NCBI GenBank assembly: GCA_002104905.1 | Contig: MCFE01000514.1 | Coordinates: 1-63,968 of the forward strand | Source: Basidiobolus meristosporus CBS 931.73 | Lineage: Eukaryota > Fungi > Basidiobolomycota | Reading direction: 5' to 3' | Length of the DNA: 63,968 nt | Shown: piece after piece, positions 27,443-40,349 of the stretch | How the letters are laid out: each line of letters begins with the position of its first letter | Position numbering within the stretch: position 1 is the stretch's first letter | The notes under the pieces: model-generated | What the model saw: the letters and a program-made list of their open reading frames with translations, nothing else | The model's database searches: none | What the model was told of the DNA's origin: nothing | Made by a program: the position numbers and the translations under genes

Positions 27443-28624
27443 ATATTTAGGTGCGATGCAAAATTTTTCGCAAATTCCAAGTAGCATTGCCACAATCTTA
27501 TTTTTAATACTTTGTAGCAAGGGAATTTTGCAGCTCTTAGTAATCTTATTTTTTGTGGGACCTCATGCTCAACTGTTGAATTAATGGACTTTACCACAAA
27601 CTGGGTATTGATCCAATGTGTAATTGCAACAACAATGGAAGGACTTGGGTTGTGGATAAAACAGAGGTATGACAATAAAGCTGAATTGAAATATTGAGCG
27701 GATGTTTCTTGCAACTAGATGATTTATCAAGTGTAACAGAATCAAATATAGTGGTGGGTTACTGACAAAAACGCTCGGAATATTGCAGTAGCGATTGTTT
27801 GCCTGGAAGTAGCATCAAGTATTTTAAATATCCTTAACAATGAGGCTTGATCAGACTAATCATCAAGCCCAGATGTATGCCTGACATGGTGCAATTTGGA
27901 CAACCTGCAACCGCACATAAGGACACAAGTATTCCAGATTGGCTTGATGTTGGTTATTAGGTATTCAAAAGTGACATCTTCCCAACTTCTCAAAAAACAG
28001 TTCCAGCAGTGCCCAAGACATTTCTGCAAGGATGCTGCATGAAGCTGATCTTGAATATTCTTTGCATCAGTTTTGGCCAGAAACTTGCATTGAGGTTGGT
28101 GTGGCTGATGATACAAGCCCTCAACTAGTACGCTAGCTCTACCTATTCACTGGACTCATGAAACCTTGTGGATAAGCCGATCATGTGATCAGTGGAAATA
28201 AGAAGGTGCCGATAATATGCTCCAGTTGCTAGCACCTCAGCAAGGAAATGATGTTGAATAGTGTCAATTGCATATAGGAAGTCGCCAAATGATGGTTTAG
28301 GGGCGAATTAGTGCCAATCATTCATATATTTAGGTCGAGCCATGGCATCATCAGACTTCCATCACACGAAAATTCCGAAATAGCAATCCATCTCCTCCAT
28401 TAGATGGATATCGATGGATTTTTTTTACCTCTGCCATGGCAGGAATCTGAGTGAATCCATGATTTGGATCAACCATGTTGCTAAGCGAGCGTAATCTTCA
28501 CCTATTCGGACATAACAGTAGGTGCATTGACAGCTTCTTGCTGTGGATTATATGCCCTCTATCCCACTCCTAGCCTTTCAGCAATTCTTGAAAGAGTGTA
28601 CACCTCTTTTCCCCTGCCAAAGTT

Positions 28625-31556
28625 ATGGGAACTGATAGCCAAGACTCCTACCAGCCCCCCTCCTTCCCACGATTAAACTTCAGCACTCTCCGAGCATATA
28701 CGGATCACACACAACTTTCCAACTCCGAGGATGAGCATGAATGCCGGGATGTCGATCTAGAGGAGATTTCGGTTCCCACCGAACGAACGAAACGTAAAGG
28801 ATCCCCAAAAGCTCAAATCGAAGCATGTTCGCCATCTGCATCGAGGCACATAGATCCTCATGCACCTCTCTCAAAACGCCAAAGAAAAGAAGAGGATGGC
28901 CTTGCCATTCCACCTGTAGTAAGGCTAGTCTTGGACTGTGTAGAGATTGTGGTTCGAGAACAGGCTGTTGTGGACAGCTCTATACCAGAGATTGACCGGC
29001 AGCCAGAGATCTCGTCCGAATTTAGAATAGACCGGGTGAAGAGTTCGTGGCAGAAAAGTAACTTGGCTTTTCCAGCGATTCATCGACGAGATATGCTAAC
29101 ACCTGAGTGATAGGCCTCGCCGAACCATACGTGTCCCAATCTCTTTCACCAGTCTTAGCACACCCCATGGGCTCGGAAGAAGACCTGAAATTGCCTGAGA
29201 GATTCGCTTCAGAGCCCGTCAAACCAGAGGCGAGTCGGAGGGTTTTGGGCGAACCTACACTTTCACGAAGACAAAAAAGTATCATCACCCTTGATTCCCA
29301 GGACTCGCACTCGGACTTCAGTTGCGAACTAGAGGAAGAGAGAATTCAATTTTTGAACGTGTTCCGTGAGCATGAGGAGGTATGTTGGCTGCTGGACAGA
29401 ACTCTACAGGGTGTGCAACTTACGATTGTTCTTGGCATCAGGCTTTATTCCAGGCAGACACTTTTCAACATTTTATGGAATGTAAGAGCCAGCTGGCACG
29501 GAAACAGAGAATCTATAACTCCTCACCGCACGGGAGAGTGGAAGATAGTATAGGACATGCCATCAATCATTACACAGCCAAGTCTTTGGAGGAAATCTCC
29601 TACTTCGAGGATCAAATCATCTTTCTAAGAATGAACCTGGTTCAAAATGTATACTTTCTCGTACAGAATGTGGATTTAATCAGCTTACTTACATCAAATC
29701 GACCTTTTTTAGCTGAAAGCGCTTGCTCAAGAAAGAGACGAGAATCTGGACAAATGGAGAGACTCGCCTTACCCCACTCACAAGCTGATGACGGACTCTC
29801 CTGAAAGTAACTGGGAGAGAGCGAGATCGGATGAGATAGATTCTCGGTTGACACCTCCAGGTGGTGGGGTATTTGACGATTTTGGTGTTAGAGTAGCGAC
29901 CAACGGGGACAAGACCACAACGACCCAAGCCGAGAATTCTCTTATAGAACTTGAAGACACCCTGGAGTTGAAGTCACTTGGTGAAGTGCGTGAGCCACAG
30001 GTGGCTTCCTCTTTGACGAGTGAGCCCGAGAAGCCTTACCTGGAGAGCGATGAATCGGAGAGCGCCATTATCACCACTGCCATCGCATTGCTTACTGCTG
30101 AGACTATACACGAAACCTCATTAGAGCCCATCAAGAGTCCCAACGTTCGCTCCTACTCCACAATCGATTCTCCGTCGCCGCCGATTTCCCGTCCGTCATC
30201 AAGGTTCAATAGCCCAGAGATGGCTAACCAGAGTCATCGGAAAGAAACCGACTCACTCACAGCGGCGGTACTATGTGGCGAACCGGATGTCCAAGCACCG
30301 CCCCTTTTGTCACCATTGAATGCTCCACTGGAAGATGGGCATCCGAATTCGTGTGAAATTGTGTCGCTGTCATCCACCTCTTTCTATCACGCCAATACAC
30401 ACGAAGGTATGCTTTCAGACATATTACTAGATACTGGCTCAACAAGTCATCGGCCTATCCTCGAAGATGCAATGAAGCGCGAGAGCCACTTGGACGAAGT
30501 CCGGACACCAAGTGATACTTTCTCCCTTGACAACCATCCGACTTCCGATGGCCATGCGAACGAGGTGCCGCCACCAGGTCCGCAAGTCCACCTGATCGAG
30601 AGTCAGAGTTGGTATGAGCGAGATTCTGACCAAGATTCGGCCGGGGATGAGGTCGATCTGCTGGAGCTCTATCACCCTGACGAACTTCCCGCCATGTATT
30701 CTGCCCCTTCCGCTGTACCTAGTAATTCAAGCTTTACCCACACATACGATATATCATTTAATTCCGATCTATGCACTTTCGAACCCTCTATCTCCGAGAG
30801 CCAGCCTTTTCTACTTCTTTCTGACATAGCCAACTCCACTTCTGAGGTGACGCACCTGCACTCTATCAACGAGTCGATGCCCAATTATAGGGATATGTCT
30901 TTTGATTCGCTCAAGGTTAGGGTCAGCTTTCTAATTGAATGGTGCATGGAGTTTCTAACCGCCAGAACACACATCTAGGAGCTTGGAAACCAGTACAATA
31001 TGCCAGCCGCCTCCCAAAACATGATTGTGTCGTTGTTGGAACAGCGTTGGAAGTCACTCCATCCTAATTCGTATGAGCCTTCCGGCTCGCCAGGAATCCA
31101 GACTCCCAGCCGGTCGAGCCCAAGCACCAACAGTACCTCGGAAACAAGCGGCGAGGAAGCAGAACCGGAGGGTTGGGACACCGTCGATTCTGAGGGTACG
31201 GAAGCAGGCCCACTTGTCGATACCGAGTTAGAACAGACCTTCTTCGATTTCATCAAGAACGATACAGAACTCTATAGCTCCATTCTTTGTTATAAGGTTG
31301 CCAATTTTCTACGACCTACCTGGCCAGAAACCAGAACGGAACTAACCTTTCTCTTTAATTCTTCACAACAAAGCCAATAAATTTTGAGAAGCTCTACAGG
31401 GATTTGCTCCGGACCGGTTACGCATTCAAGAGGCGCAAATTAAAGGACTTTTTGGATAAACAGGTAAGTACTTCGCCTGCTTGCTGAACTTGGGTCTGAG
31501 TTTCTTACACAACCGTCATACAGGGAATCTTGGCCATCTTCACCAAGGAGGGTTGA
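28625..31556 (+). CDS. SLX4: Structure-specific endonuclease subunit SLX4, multi-exon
   Basis: SAP-like 'MPNYRDMSFDSLK|ELGNQYNMPAASQNMIVSLLEQRW' and C-terminal Slx1-binding domain 'FFDFIKNDTELYSSILCYK|PINFEKLYRDLLRTGYAFKRRKLKDFLDKQ|GILAIFTKEG*', joined across GT-AG introns. The long N-terminus is low-complexity, and the exon structure at about 29380-29800 is uncertain. Confidence 0.8.
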
Positions 31557-31791
31557 TGTTCAGCGAGAAATATGGGATCACGATTATATCTTTAGGGGTC
31601 CATACAAATCCAAGATTTTTTTGGGGGGGGGTCCATTTTGAACGAGCCTACCCTATAATTTAGTGTCCCATTTGCAGTTGAGCGAATATCACTGATTCTG
31701 GTTATCTTAGTCTGTTAATCGCTGCTAGATACCTCTCTTCCTTTGTCCAAAACCCGCCCAAGTCGATATAAATAGCTCGAAATAAAACAAA

Positions 31792-32398
31792 ATGCATAGA
31801 CCTAGAGCCAGGTAAACTACTTGTCATCTTGAACCTTCCTTAGGGCAAATCCCCAAACAAACTTCACATTGCCACCGTTTTCTTATCCGCTTGTACGTTT
31901 CGGCATCTGAAACTGGTTTGCTTTTCTTCATCTAGACAGTATGCCAATCAGCAGGATTACAACCAAGCCCCTGATCATACTCAAGGAGAGCTGGAGAAGA
32001 TGAATGACCAACGAATTGAAGGACTTTCAGATAGGATCCATTTACTTCGAGAGGTATGCACTTTGGAAAGTACCTGATGTGTCCTGTACTTAGGACTCAC
32101 TCCCTGGTTTGTAGATCACCTTGAACATTGGAGAGGAGGTTAGAGATCAAAACAACTACTTGAAAGATATGGTACAGTAGTAGCACATGGTATAGATTCT
32201 CATCCGGCAGGAATTAAAGTGAATCACCTTTGCCTAATTTAGGGTGGAGATTTCGAGCGTACCGGAACCTATCTCAAGGGCACTATGCGACGCTTCTACG
32301 CAATGGCCCAAACGCAGAGTGGTCGCTATATGATCTATCTTATCCTGTTCGCCCTCCTAGTGTTCACCTTTATGCTGTTCTATGTTCGTTGGCGCTAA
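31792..32398 (+). CDS. BET1: Bet1 Qc-SNARE (ER-Golgi), 4 exons
   Basis: Exons 31792-31811, 31936-32053, 32115-32171 and 32243-32398 give 'MHRPRARQYANQ...LEKMNDQRIEGLSDRIHLLREITLNIGEEVRDQNNYLKDMGGDFERTGTYLKGTMRRF...MIYLILFALLVFTFMLFYVRWR*': a SNARE coil plus a C-terminal transmembrane anchor. Confidence 0.9.
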
Positions 32399-33055
32399 AA
32401 CGGCTGAACAAGGGAAGGTCGTCTAGGCCCTTTCGTTCGCGAGGCCCACCTTCTCTTGGAGCTGCCTCTACGTAGACCCTTTCCACCATGGTGAAGAATT
32501 TCCAAACACCCTTCTTTAATACTGGCTTTTACTTTAATCGTCCTCTTGTTTCTTCCTACTCTACTCCACATTTATCGGCTTCGAACGCGCTTTTCCCTCG
32601 GGAGGGAGTTGAGGCTGACCCGCTCCTTTGTCGAGGGGAATCACCCACCCCACCCCGCAGCGTACTGACTGACATGGTTTACCCAAACGAAACACGACCT
32701 TTTCGTGACCAATAAAAATACCTGTCTAATACCAGTTTATTCTCTGGATTGCTGCTCCCATTCCCACAAATCCCCACCCACCACGCCTTCGGTTCTTTGT
32801 AGTGCCTGGTACCATCTCAACCATCAAATCCATAGGCCCGGCCTTGGGCGATGGCTGGGATTAGCTTGGTAGTGGAACCCATCAACCATGCTGACCACCA
32901 GAGCAAGGAAGATTTGTGGAGCTCATATGCTTTCGGAACCCTTCATCACTCACTATCTACCATCCATCGACGCTATTCGAAGACCCTTTGATGCAAGATG
33001 CCCAGATATTGATGCTGCCATATCAGGCGTTCTCTGACTGCCGTCATGCTCACGT

Positions 33056-33081
33056 CCACACCCACACCCACACCCACGCCC
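33056..33081 (+). repeat. (CACACC)n microsatellite; four GGG runs on the minus strand (G4 motif)
   Basis: ccacacccacacccacacccacgccc read directly. Confidence 0.75.
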
Positions 33082-33857
33082 GCACTATCTCCTCGCTTGG
33101 GTGGACGGTTGGGGTTGATCCAAAGATATCCTCATGCAGGCATGAATATGTGCATGATCGGCCGGTTTGGCATGGATTGGGTAATACAATGCTCACCAGC
33201 AGACCTTCAAACATAAGATCCTACCGAGTCATTCGGATGACCATCTAACTCAGATCCCTGCTGATTCACCTCATTCAACCAGATGAGCACTGATTCATCT
33301 TCAGGGACTACCAGAGGTCGAGGAATGGCTTTACTATTGGCCAAGTGGGGGTTTCGATTCTGCAAGGTCGCCAGAGGCTTGGGCTACAATCAGTTTAATC
33401 AGTTAAGCAGATCTGGAGATATCTTGGATGTCTCACTGGACGAACTGTAGCGGAGTGCCCAGATTGGGGAGGCAGCGGGGGATACCGTACCTACATCAAA
33501 CCAAATGCACGGCGTGGCGTGTCCATCACGCTGTTCAAACGACGGGGTTGGGAATATCACCTCTCGTCACAGAGGGGCACACAACCATGACCAGGACCAT
33601 GACTCGGTAAAATCCATTTTTATACAAGTTAAATCTCACAGAGGTTTGGAGTTAGAACGGTTAAACTGAAGTTACAGGTGGATGGAAGTTAGAAATGAGG
33701 GGGACTATGATGTGGGATAAATATACGCAGGATACTTGGAATGAGTATAGGTGATCGTTGGTTTACAGGTCGTAGTGTTAGTAATGCCCTACATTGTGGA
33801 AATGGCATCAAAATCCACCGAATGGCAGGCTTCATTAGGCTAGCCAACATGAAAGAC

Positions 33858-34444
33858 TCAGCGTTTCTTTCCGAAACTGCCGATTCTCCTGATGCTTCTA
33901 AACTTGTTCCCAGGCTTGGACACCCTCGATTCCTCGAACGCGAAGTCCTTCATCTCCGTGTAGGCCGGTGGTCGCTGAGCTAAGCGCAGCGGTTTGGCAG
34001 GTGTTAAGGTATTACGTAGTTTGGAGTACCAAGATTTTGTCATGGTTTCATCATCCTCCGAATGAAATACTCCTTCGCTAGACCATTGGTCCTCCTCCAT
34101 CAATCGGTGCATGGAGTGTGGTCGTACTTCGGTGTTTCCTCGCTGAGCATCTTGTGGTCTGCGTGGGCCTGGTCCGGATCTTTCAAAGATTGAGAACATC
34201 TTGCTGCGCTTCTCCTTCTCTGGATAGGTTGTCACCCAGGTGTTGGCGCCTGATATATAGCCAGGCGGCTCGAAGTCCTCGGTTTGGGAGATAATATTCT
34301 AAAGAGTCAAAGCCTCTGGTTAGACCACTATGGAAGGCAAAGCAACATGTGTAGGGGTACCTCTTGAGAGTAGTCAAATTCGCGGCAATGCAGCCTTGAT
34401 TCGTGGTCGAACAAGGAACTCATTTTGCGCTTGAAGCTGAGCAT
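33858..34444 (-). CDS. Hypothetical 174-aa hydrophilic protein, 2 exons
   Basis: Exon 1 is 34444-34361 (MLSFKRKMSSLFDHESRLHCREFDYSQE). A 62-nt GT-AG intron contains a CTAAC branch point. Exon 2 is 34298-33858, in phase 0. No recognisable domain. Confidence 0.65.
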
Positions 34445-37437
34445 GAGGTTGGCTAATCAAGAGAGTGGTGCTCTAAAAGGTAGGGTTCTAGACGACTTTC
34501 GGTTCAAGCGAATGTGTACACGTGCGGATCAAGCTCGAACTCTATCTCAAACGGATAACCAGGAAAGGGATGATGGGGATGGCTTTTATAAGCTAAATTC
34601 GAGAGTGCAGCTGGCGTTTTCGATGGCAATCTAATGACAAGGCACGACGTAATGGAGAGTTGTGAGAGCCTGCGTGTGGCTGGATACAGTGAGAAATTAA
34701 CAATTGTTGGCTTCGAATGGCTACCAAGGATGGTTAGGCGTTTTATATGAAAAATCTCCCTTCGTTTCAATTTGTCATTCGTCATTCAGCTTGGTATAGT
34801 GGCGTAGTTTGACCTCTGTTGCACATTGAATTTTTCATCACCTTCAAGTACCTGAGACTGTCCATGATTCATTCTCCGTCGACCAATCAAATACCCATCC
34901 CCACAACCTATCAATCTGGTCTCGAGCATGGAAGGGTTGCGAGAGTAAGGGTAACCATGCCACTCCATAAGAAAGTGATCCCGAATTATGAATCCCCATC
35001 GTAACTTCTATTAGTGGTATGCAGGGCTAGAGTCCCGGTGCACCAGTCAAAGCGAGCTAAGTGGAAGGGGCCGGGGTTCAATTGCCGCATCTCTTCCTTA
35101 ACAATTATGAGACGGAAATGGCTCCAAGTAATTTCCCTTATCCTCCAGACCGTTGAGCGTAAACATAGGCGAAACCTTGTTTCTCGTGCACTAATTATCA
35201 CTAAACCTTTGGATAATTCTGACCCACACAACCCCACGGTCAGTAGTAACCGCATCCCTCGACCCGTCCCAAACCTGGGGTCTTCCTGATTTTGATTGAT
35301 TTGGGTGTTTGGGTGGAAGTGGGTGGATTTGGGTGAATCGGTGGTAATGGCAAACGATCCCATCATCGTTCTATATCATCACTGAGTGCGTGGGTTGGGT
35401 GCGAACTTAGGTCAGCATTCCGATCAGTCATACCCTCTCAGATTAACCATGCATTTCGATCCATCCCCTTGAGACCAAGTTTACAATGCGTGGATGGTTT
35501 TTAGAACCATTGTTATCGAATGTATCTGCTCCGACCCAACCTAAAATCCATTGTAACGGATTAGGCTATCACGACGTCCTGTACGAATGGATGATGCCGT
35601 CCTGTAGGAAGAAACCGGTCAGGTAGATAAGGTGAGCTTAATAGGCTCGTTTGAGCTTTGATACATAGATGCTGAGTGCTGCGCTGATATCCAGTTCTCT
35701 TGATGTGAGTTTCATCGAACATCAATCAGTTTTAGTGTGAGCAACAGTATCTAGCCAGATTTGGCCATTAATTCATGGTGAATAGGCAATAGGTAGCTCA
35801 TTGTGTGTTTAGGATTCAGAGGTGCTACAGGATAACTTTATCATGCTGGTGGCACCCACAATTCTCTCAAGGACTTTGGTTTCTCTGGGGTTTGTAAAAC
35901 CTACCCGCTAGAGGGCAAGATGATTCGTAGATCGCTTCACCACATCCGCTGATTGGGAGGTTGTGATTATGAATCCACTTGAAATACGAATAAAGTCCCA
36001 GTATAGCCACGTCGTATACAGGCTTTCACCACCACAGATGTCTGTATCATGCTCCACAGCACCTACAATACAGACTATTGTCACTACCAAGACATACGCG
36101 GTGATGTGTATTCTTCTCCAGGCAGATGGAGGGGACAGAGAATCAGCTCTACAATTCATTCATATCCATTGCTTGAACCCTTCAAGTGGATCTTCCACCT
36201 TACAAGCATCACCAAGTCCTATATCAGAGCACGTGAGGCAAGTATCATCGTGCAAGTATCATCGACCATCTGTGAGAGTGTTCAGGACTGTTATCAAATC
36301 TCACAACCACAAAGCTAGTATTGGACGATGCTGTGGAAACTCGACAAGCAATGATTCGATCAGACACCTTCGCTTGATAGATCAACACACACTGAAAAGG
36401 CCTGGACCGAGTTGACGGCGTCTATCACTGTAGATTGTAGGAGAAATGGGGTGCGGCAACTGGTCAACTCCCAATCAACTGACCTGGTATTAAACACCTC
36501 TCAAGCCAACACATCATTGCGGGCCATGTTGTCAGGCCAAGTGCACTCTATATACCCCTTGAGAAGCAGTGTATTGACTAAACTCACCATGCATCGGAGC
36601 TGACTGAAGCATTGAAGGGCCTAGAGACTGGGTTTAGGTACCAAGTAACAACTGTTGCTTCGAAACCGCTGCCTCTTGCATGATCATGCTACAGATTGTG
36701 GAGGCTACACGTAATCACCATCCTTCATTTGCCGGATCTATTCCTGGCCTTCCTCCATTCAGATCGAACATTCACATCAAAGCCAGGTGATAGTGCACCA
36801 CACATCATTCATTTCCGCCAGGCTTCGTCTGTTGATGTGAGTGGTGCGCTAGTTTTAGAGCCTAGTGAAAATACGGAGCAGACAGTAGGCAATGTGTCTC
36901 CAACCCGATCCGATTTGATGGTAAACCCACTGAGTGCCACTGTTTGTTACTTGAAATGATTTATATTGGGTCTTTAAATTTCTTGCATGTGAGTTGGTGA
37001 TGATGGAATCGAGCTTTCCTTAAATGCGGACAAATAAAAAGAAACAAACGCCCAAAGTACATTATCGGGACCTGTATAAATTCCGTTTCAGGAAGTCCAA
37101 GCCACAATACCCAAGGGCCAAACAAACTGAAAGTGGAAAATTGATTACAACAAATGTAGAAACATTAAACGATAGGATAATAATCTTTTCACATCATCAT
37201 ATTTACATAGAGCACGTGCCCGGTTAAGGGTGGTAGTAAATATACCAGTGAATGCAAACGATGCACGTCTCTGCCAGTATCCAAAGCGCTTGATCCTGAC
37301 CTCTTCAGAGAACCATACACCTGAGCTCCCGTCGATGAATAATGCCAAAACCAGTTGGATTTAAGTCAATTATCGAACACCGTCTTGTGAGCCATGAACA
37401 GTTATATACAAAATGATGTGCATAACGGTGCAGCCCT

Positions 37438-37974
37438 TCACACAGTGGCAAGCCTTTTAGTCTGGTGAATTTGGGCTTCGATATCTGCTTCTTCGTAACA
37501 ACGCTTTCGTTTGTCACTACCAATTGAGGATTGCGCCTCAGATGATTCATTCAAAAGCAGCGCTTTGGACAGCTCCGAATAAAACGGAGGTGTACTCTCA
37601 CAGGACCCACTCTCAACATCATTCAGTTCGTGCTTATCTGCCAGATATGTATCTGTGGAACCATCCCCCTCGGTGGACGGTTGTACAGATGAGTAATTGT
37701 AGTAAGAGTTTTGCTCAAATGAGTATATGGAATTGGCGCCAATGTCGGTCTGAGGAATCGTCGCGGAGGAAAGATCGGAGATGAAATCACCATCCGTCGA
37801 CGAATTGAAGGAAAAGTCCGCCGTTTGTTCCAGTGGCCAGGATATCGATGAATACCCCTGCATGGAGGAGATGGTTGGGTTCATTGAAGAGACGGGGTTG
37901 TTCACATAGGAGGCCGACCCAGTCTCTAATGGTTGGTTGGCTGTGTACATATAGGAGTTCATCATATTGAACAT
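37438..37974 (-). CDS. Hypothetical 178-aa Ser/acidic-rich protein with a C-terminal basic NLS-like segment
   Basis: ATG-initiated intact ORF in CpG-normal DNA, ending 'SDKRKRCYEEADIEAQIHQTKRLATV'. Confidence 0.6.
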   Translation of the reverse strand: MFNMMNSYMYTANQPLETGSASYVNNPVSSMNPTISSMQGYSSISWPLEQTADFSFNSSTDGDFISDLSSATIPQTDIGANSIYSFEQNSYYNYSSVQPSTEGDGSTDTYLADKHELNDVESGSCESTPPFYSELSKALLLNESSEAQSSIGSDKRKRCYEEADIEAQIHQTKRLATV

Positions 37975-40349
37975 GATTTCATTATAGGTACTCGTATTGG
38001 CGACGTATCCTATAGGAGACCGTGGTAAAGAGTTTTCGTATGTACAGGTGTCTAAACAAACAACAATTCAGTATACGGACTCAACGTGGAAGATAAAGCT
38101 TTAGACAGGTACCGTTCAAGTACTTTGAGTGGCTCAAATTCAGAGGAATTTGTTTTTGCAGTTCGCTAATATCCCTTGCTTTTCGCAGAAAGCCTTTCAG
38201 AACAACCTCCTTACTGATTCCGAGATCTCTAGTTGATCTATACATGTCTGTCAACTTACGATCACCAACCGTGATAACACGTTCCAACGAAAGGGAATCC
38301 ATTAAAAGAGGGCGCGAAAACGCGATTGTAATAAACTCGACTATATGTAGATGTGCTGAATGGGTAAAGTTGGGGGAACGTTATTAATAATAGAGAAGAA
38401 GGAGCAGCTGGGAATTTGGACAACGAAGGGCATGGAGGCCCTTAATAAGTGCGGTTACGTGGATGCCCATCAGGGAAATCCAATTATATAGCAGGGGCCT
38501 AGAACTATAGGCCATCAATTAATGGCAAGGGATCAATCTATAGATAGTAATACAACCTTCCAAAAGCATGACGAATATGTATAAGCTACAGGAAATGATT
38601 GGCCAGATGTACATCTGATTCATTCTAAGAAACCGTCCATTCCTGCGGTTTTCTTGCCGCCAATCATAACCAGTATATAATAAGACATCCGGCCCTGATT
38701 TGCCAGGACAGATCCAGTAACCCCACTATCAACCATTTAGGTGCATCGCATCCCCCTCTATTCCTAATACGATGACCATTAAGTATAATAGAATGCATGT
38801 CAAATCAAATTCAACGGTCCCGATTTCCGGTAGAGTGCTTAAAGATGTTTTTTATTTTTCCTTATTCATAGTATCGATGTGATGGCATTGCATATGAGTC
38901 CCAGTAAAGTGTCTTGGCGTTTCTAATTTCCATTTGGAATAACAAGGTATACGGAGACTGACCTGCCAGCAATGCTGAGTAATCCTTATTCTGGGGATTC
39001 GGAGGAAATACTAATTTGCCGATCCAAATGTGTGGAGAAGCGTCAGGACTGCGTTTAACTATTTCCAGTTTCCAATGCATCTACCAAGTGGATCGACATT
39101 GCCAATCTATTATACTTTGCAAAACACGCGCCACTGTACGGGATATATGGTGGGACATATAGGTTTGTGGGGGGGCTGTCAACCAGAAAGATCGACTGTG
39201 TTGTGGTTTAGATTTCATCCATCGATGCCTCCTTGACCTGGAATTGCTGAGTTGTATGTAGTCAAATGGTGTCAAAGATGGAAATACCTGTGTAGGATCA
39301 CCAGTCAGAAAAAACGATTGATATGTCTGGCTGAGCTGAGTTTCCTAATTTAACTAATTTTACATTCAGTTCTTGAAAACAAACATCAGTATCCTTCTGA
39401 TTGTGCTCAGTTATTTATTATAAATCTTTGGTACTCTGGGATAGTACTCAGCGTGATGGAAAGGATCTGACGAGGATGAATGTCGCGCCCAGGCGTGAGA
39501 AATAGCCTAAACAGGAGGGGAAATGTTACTACTCAACCTGCTTCCTGTTATTATATTTTTAAATACTACATTCGGCTAGCCTGTCTGAACCATTACTACA
39601 AATTATACTCGGAGCCCATGATACATTCGGGACCAAAAGCCAGCATGCTGGACATAGTTTGATGATGACGGCTGTTAAATTTGATACTACTTCAACGTTA
39701 TTCGAAACAACAATGATTAACGCTAAATCCCATATTCCGAGAATGTGAGCAGCTTCTATGGCTCCTGATGGTCTGGCATTACGGAAAATCAATGAAGTAT
39801 GTCGCGCTGCTTGCCCGGAATTAAAGCGTTCTCTTCCATTGGGTTCCCCACTCGTAGTATGTATTATCCAAAAGTTCCGATGAGAACCCTTAGTATATTT
39901 GATGTGAATACTGGTTAAGAGCTCGCAATAAATTCATATCGCCTTGTGTAATGAATAGTTATTATCGAAAGACACATCATGATTTCCTACAAACGGGATA
40001 CTGTTCACTAAATCAATGATATTACTGATGACGTACCGAGAAGCTGGAAACTCCAATCTTACACTGTATTGCACTAGTAAAATCCTTTGGTTTTAGACAT
40101 GTATTGATTTAAATTAACCGAGTCAAAAGGACATGCAGAGCGTTCGCCTGATTTTTAAAGGATTCTTTTCACAAAATCCATAAAACTGATATTTTGGTTA
40201 CTGGTCTCAATAATCGTCAAACTGGTCTACAGTCAGTTGGGCTATATATCTACATGTAATATATAGGCCATAAACACTTCTATTTTTCCAAGATCTAGAG
40301 CGTATCCATGCTGACTTGGTGGCCATTCAGGCCAAGTGATATAGATCAT

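Noticed and set aside
39559-39792. 'EAAHI', resembling a fungal HNH_2 endonuclease
   Set aside because: The flanking Cys, Asn and His residues of the domain are absent.
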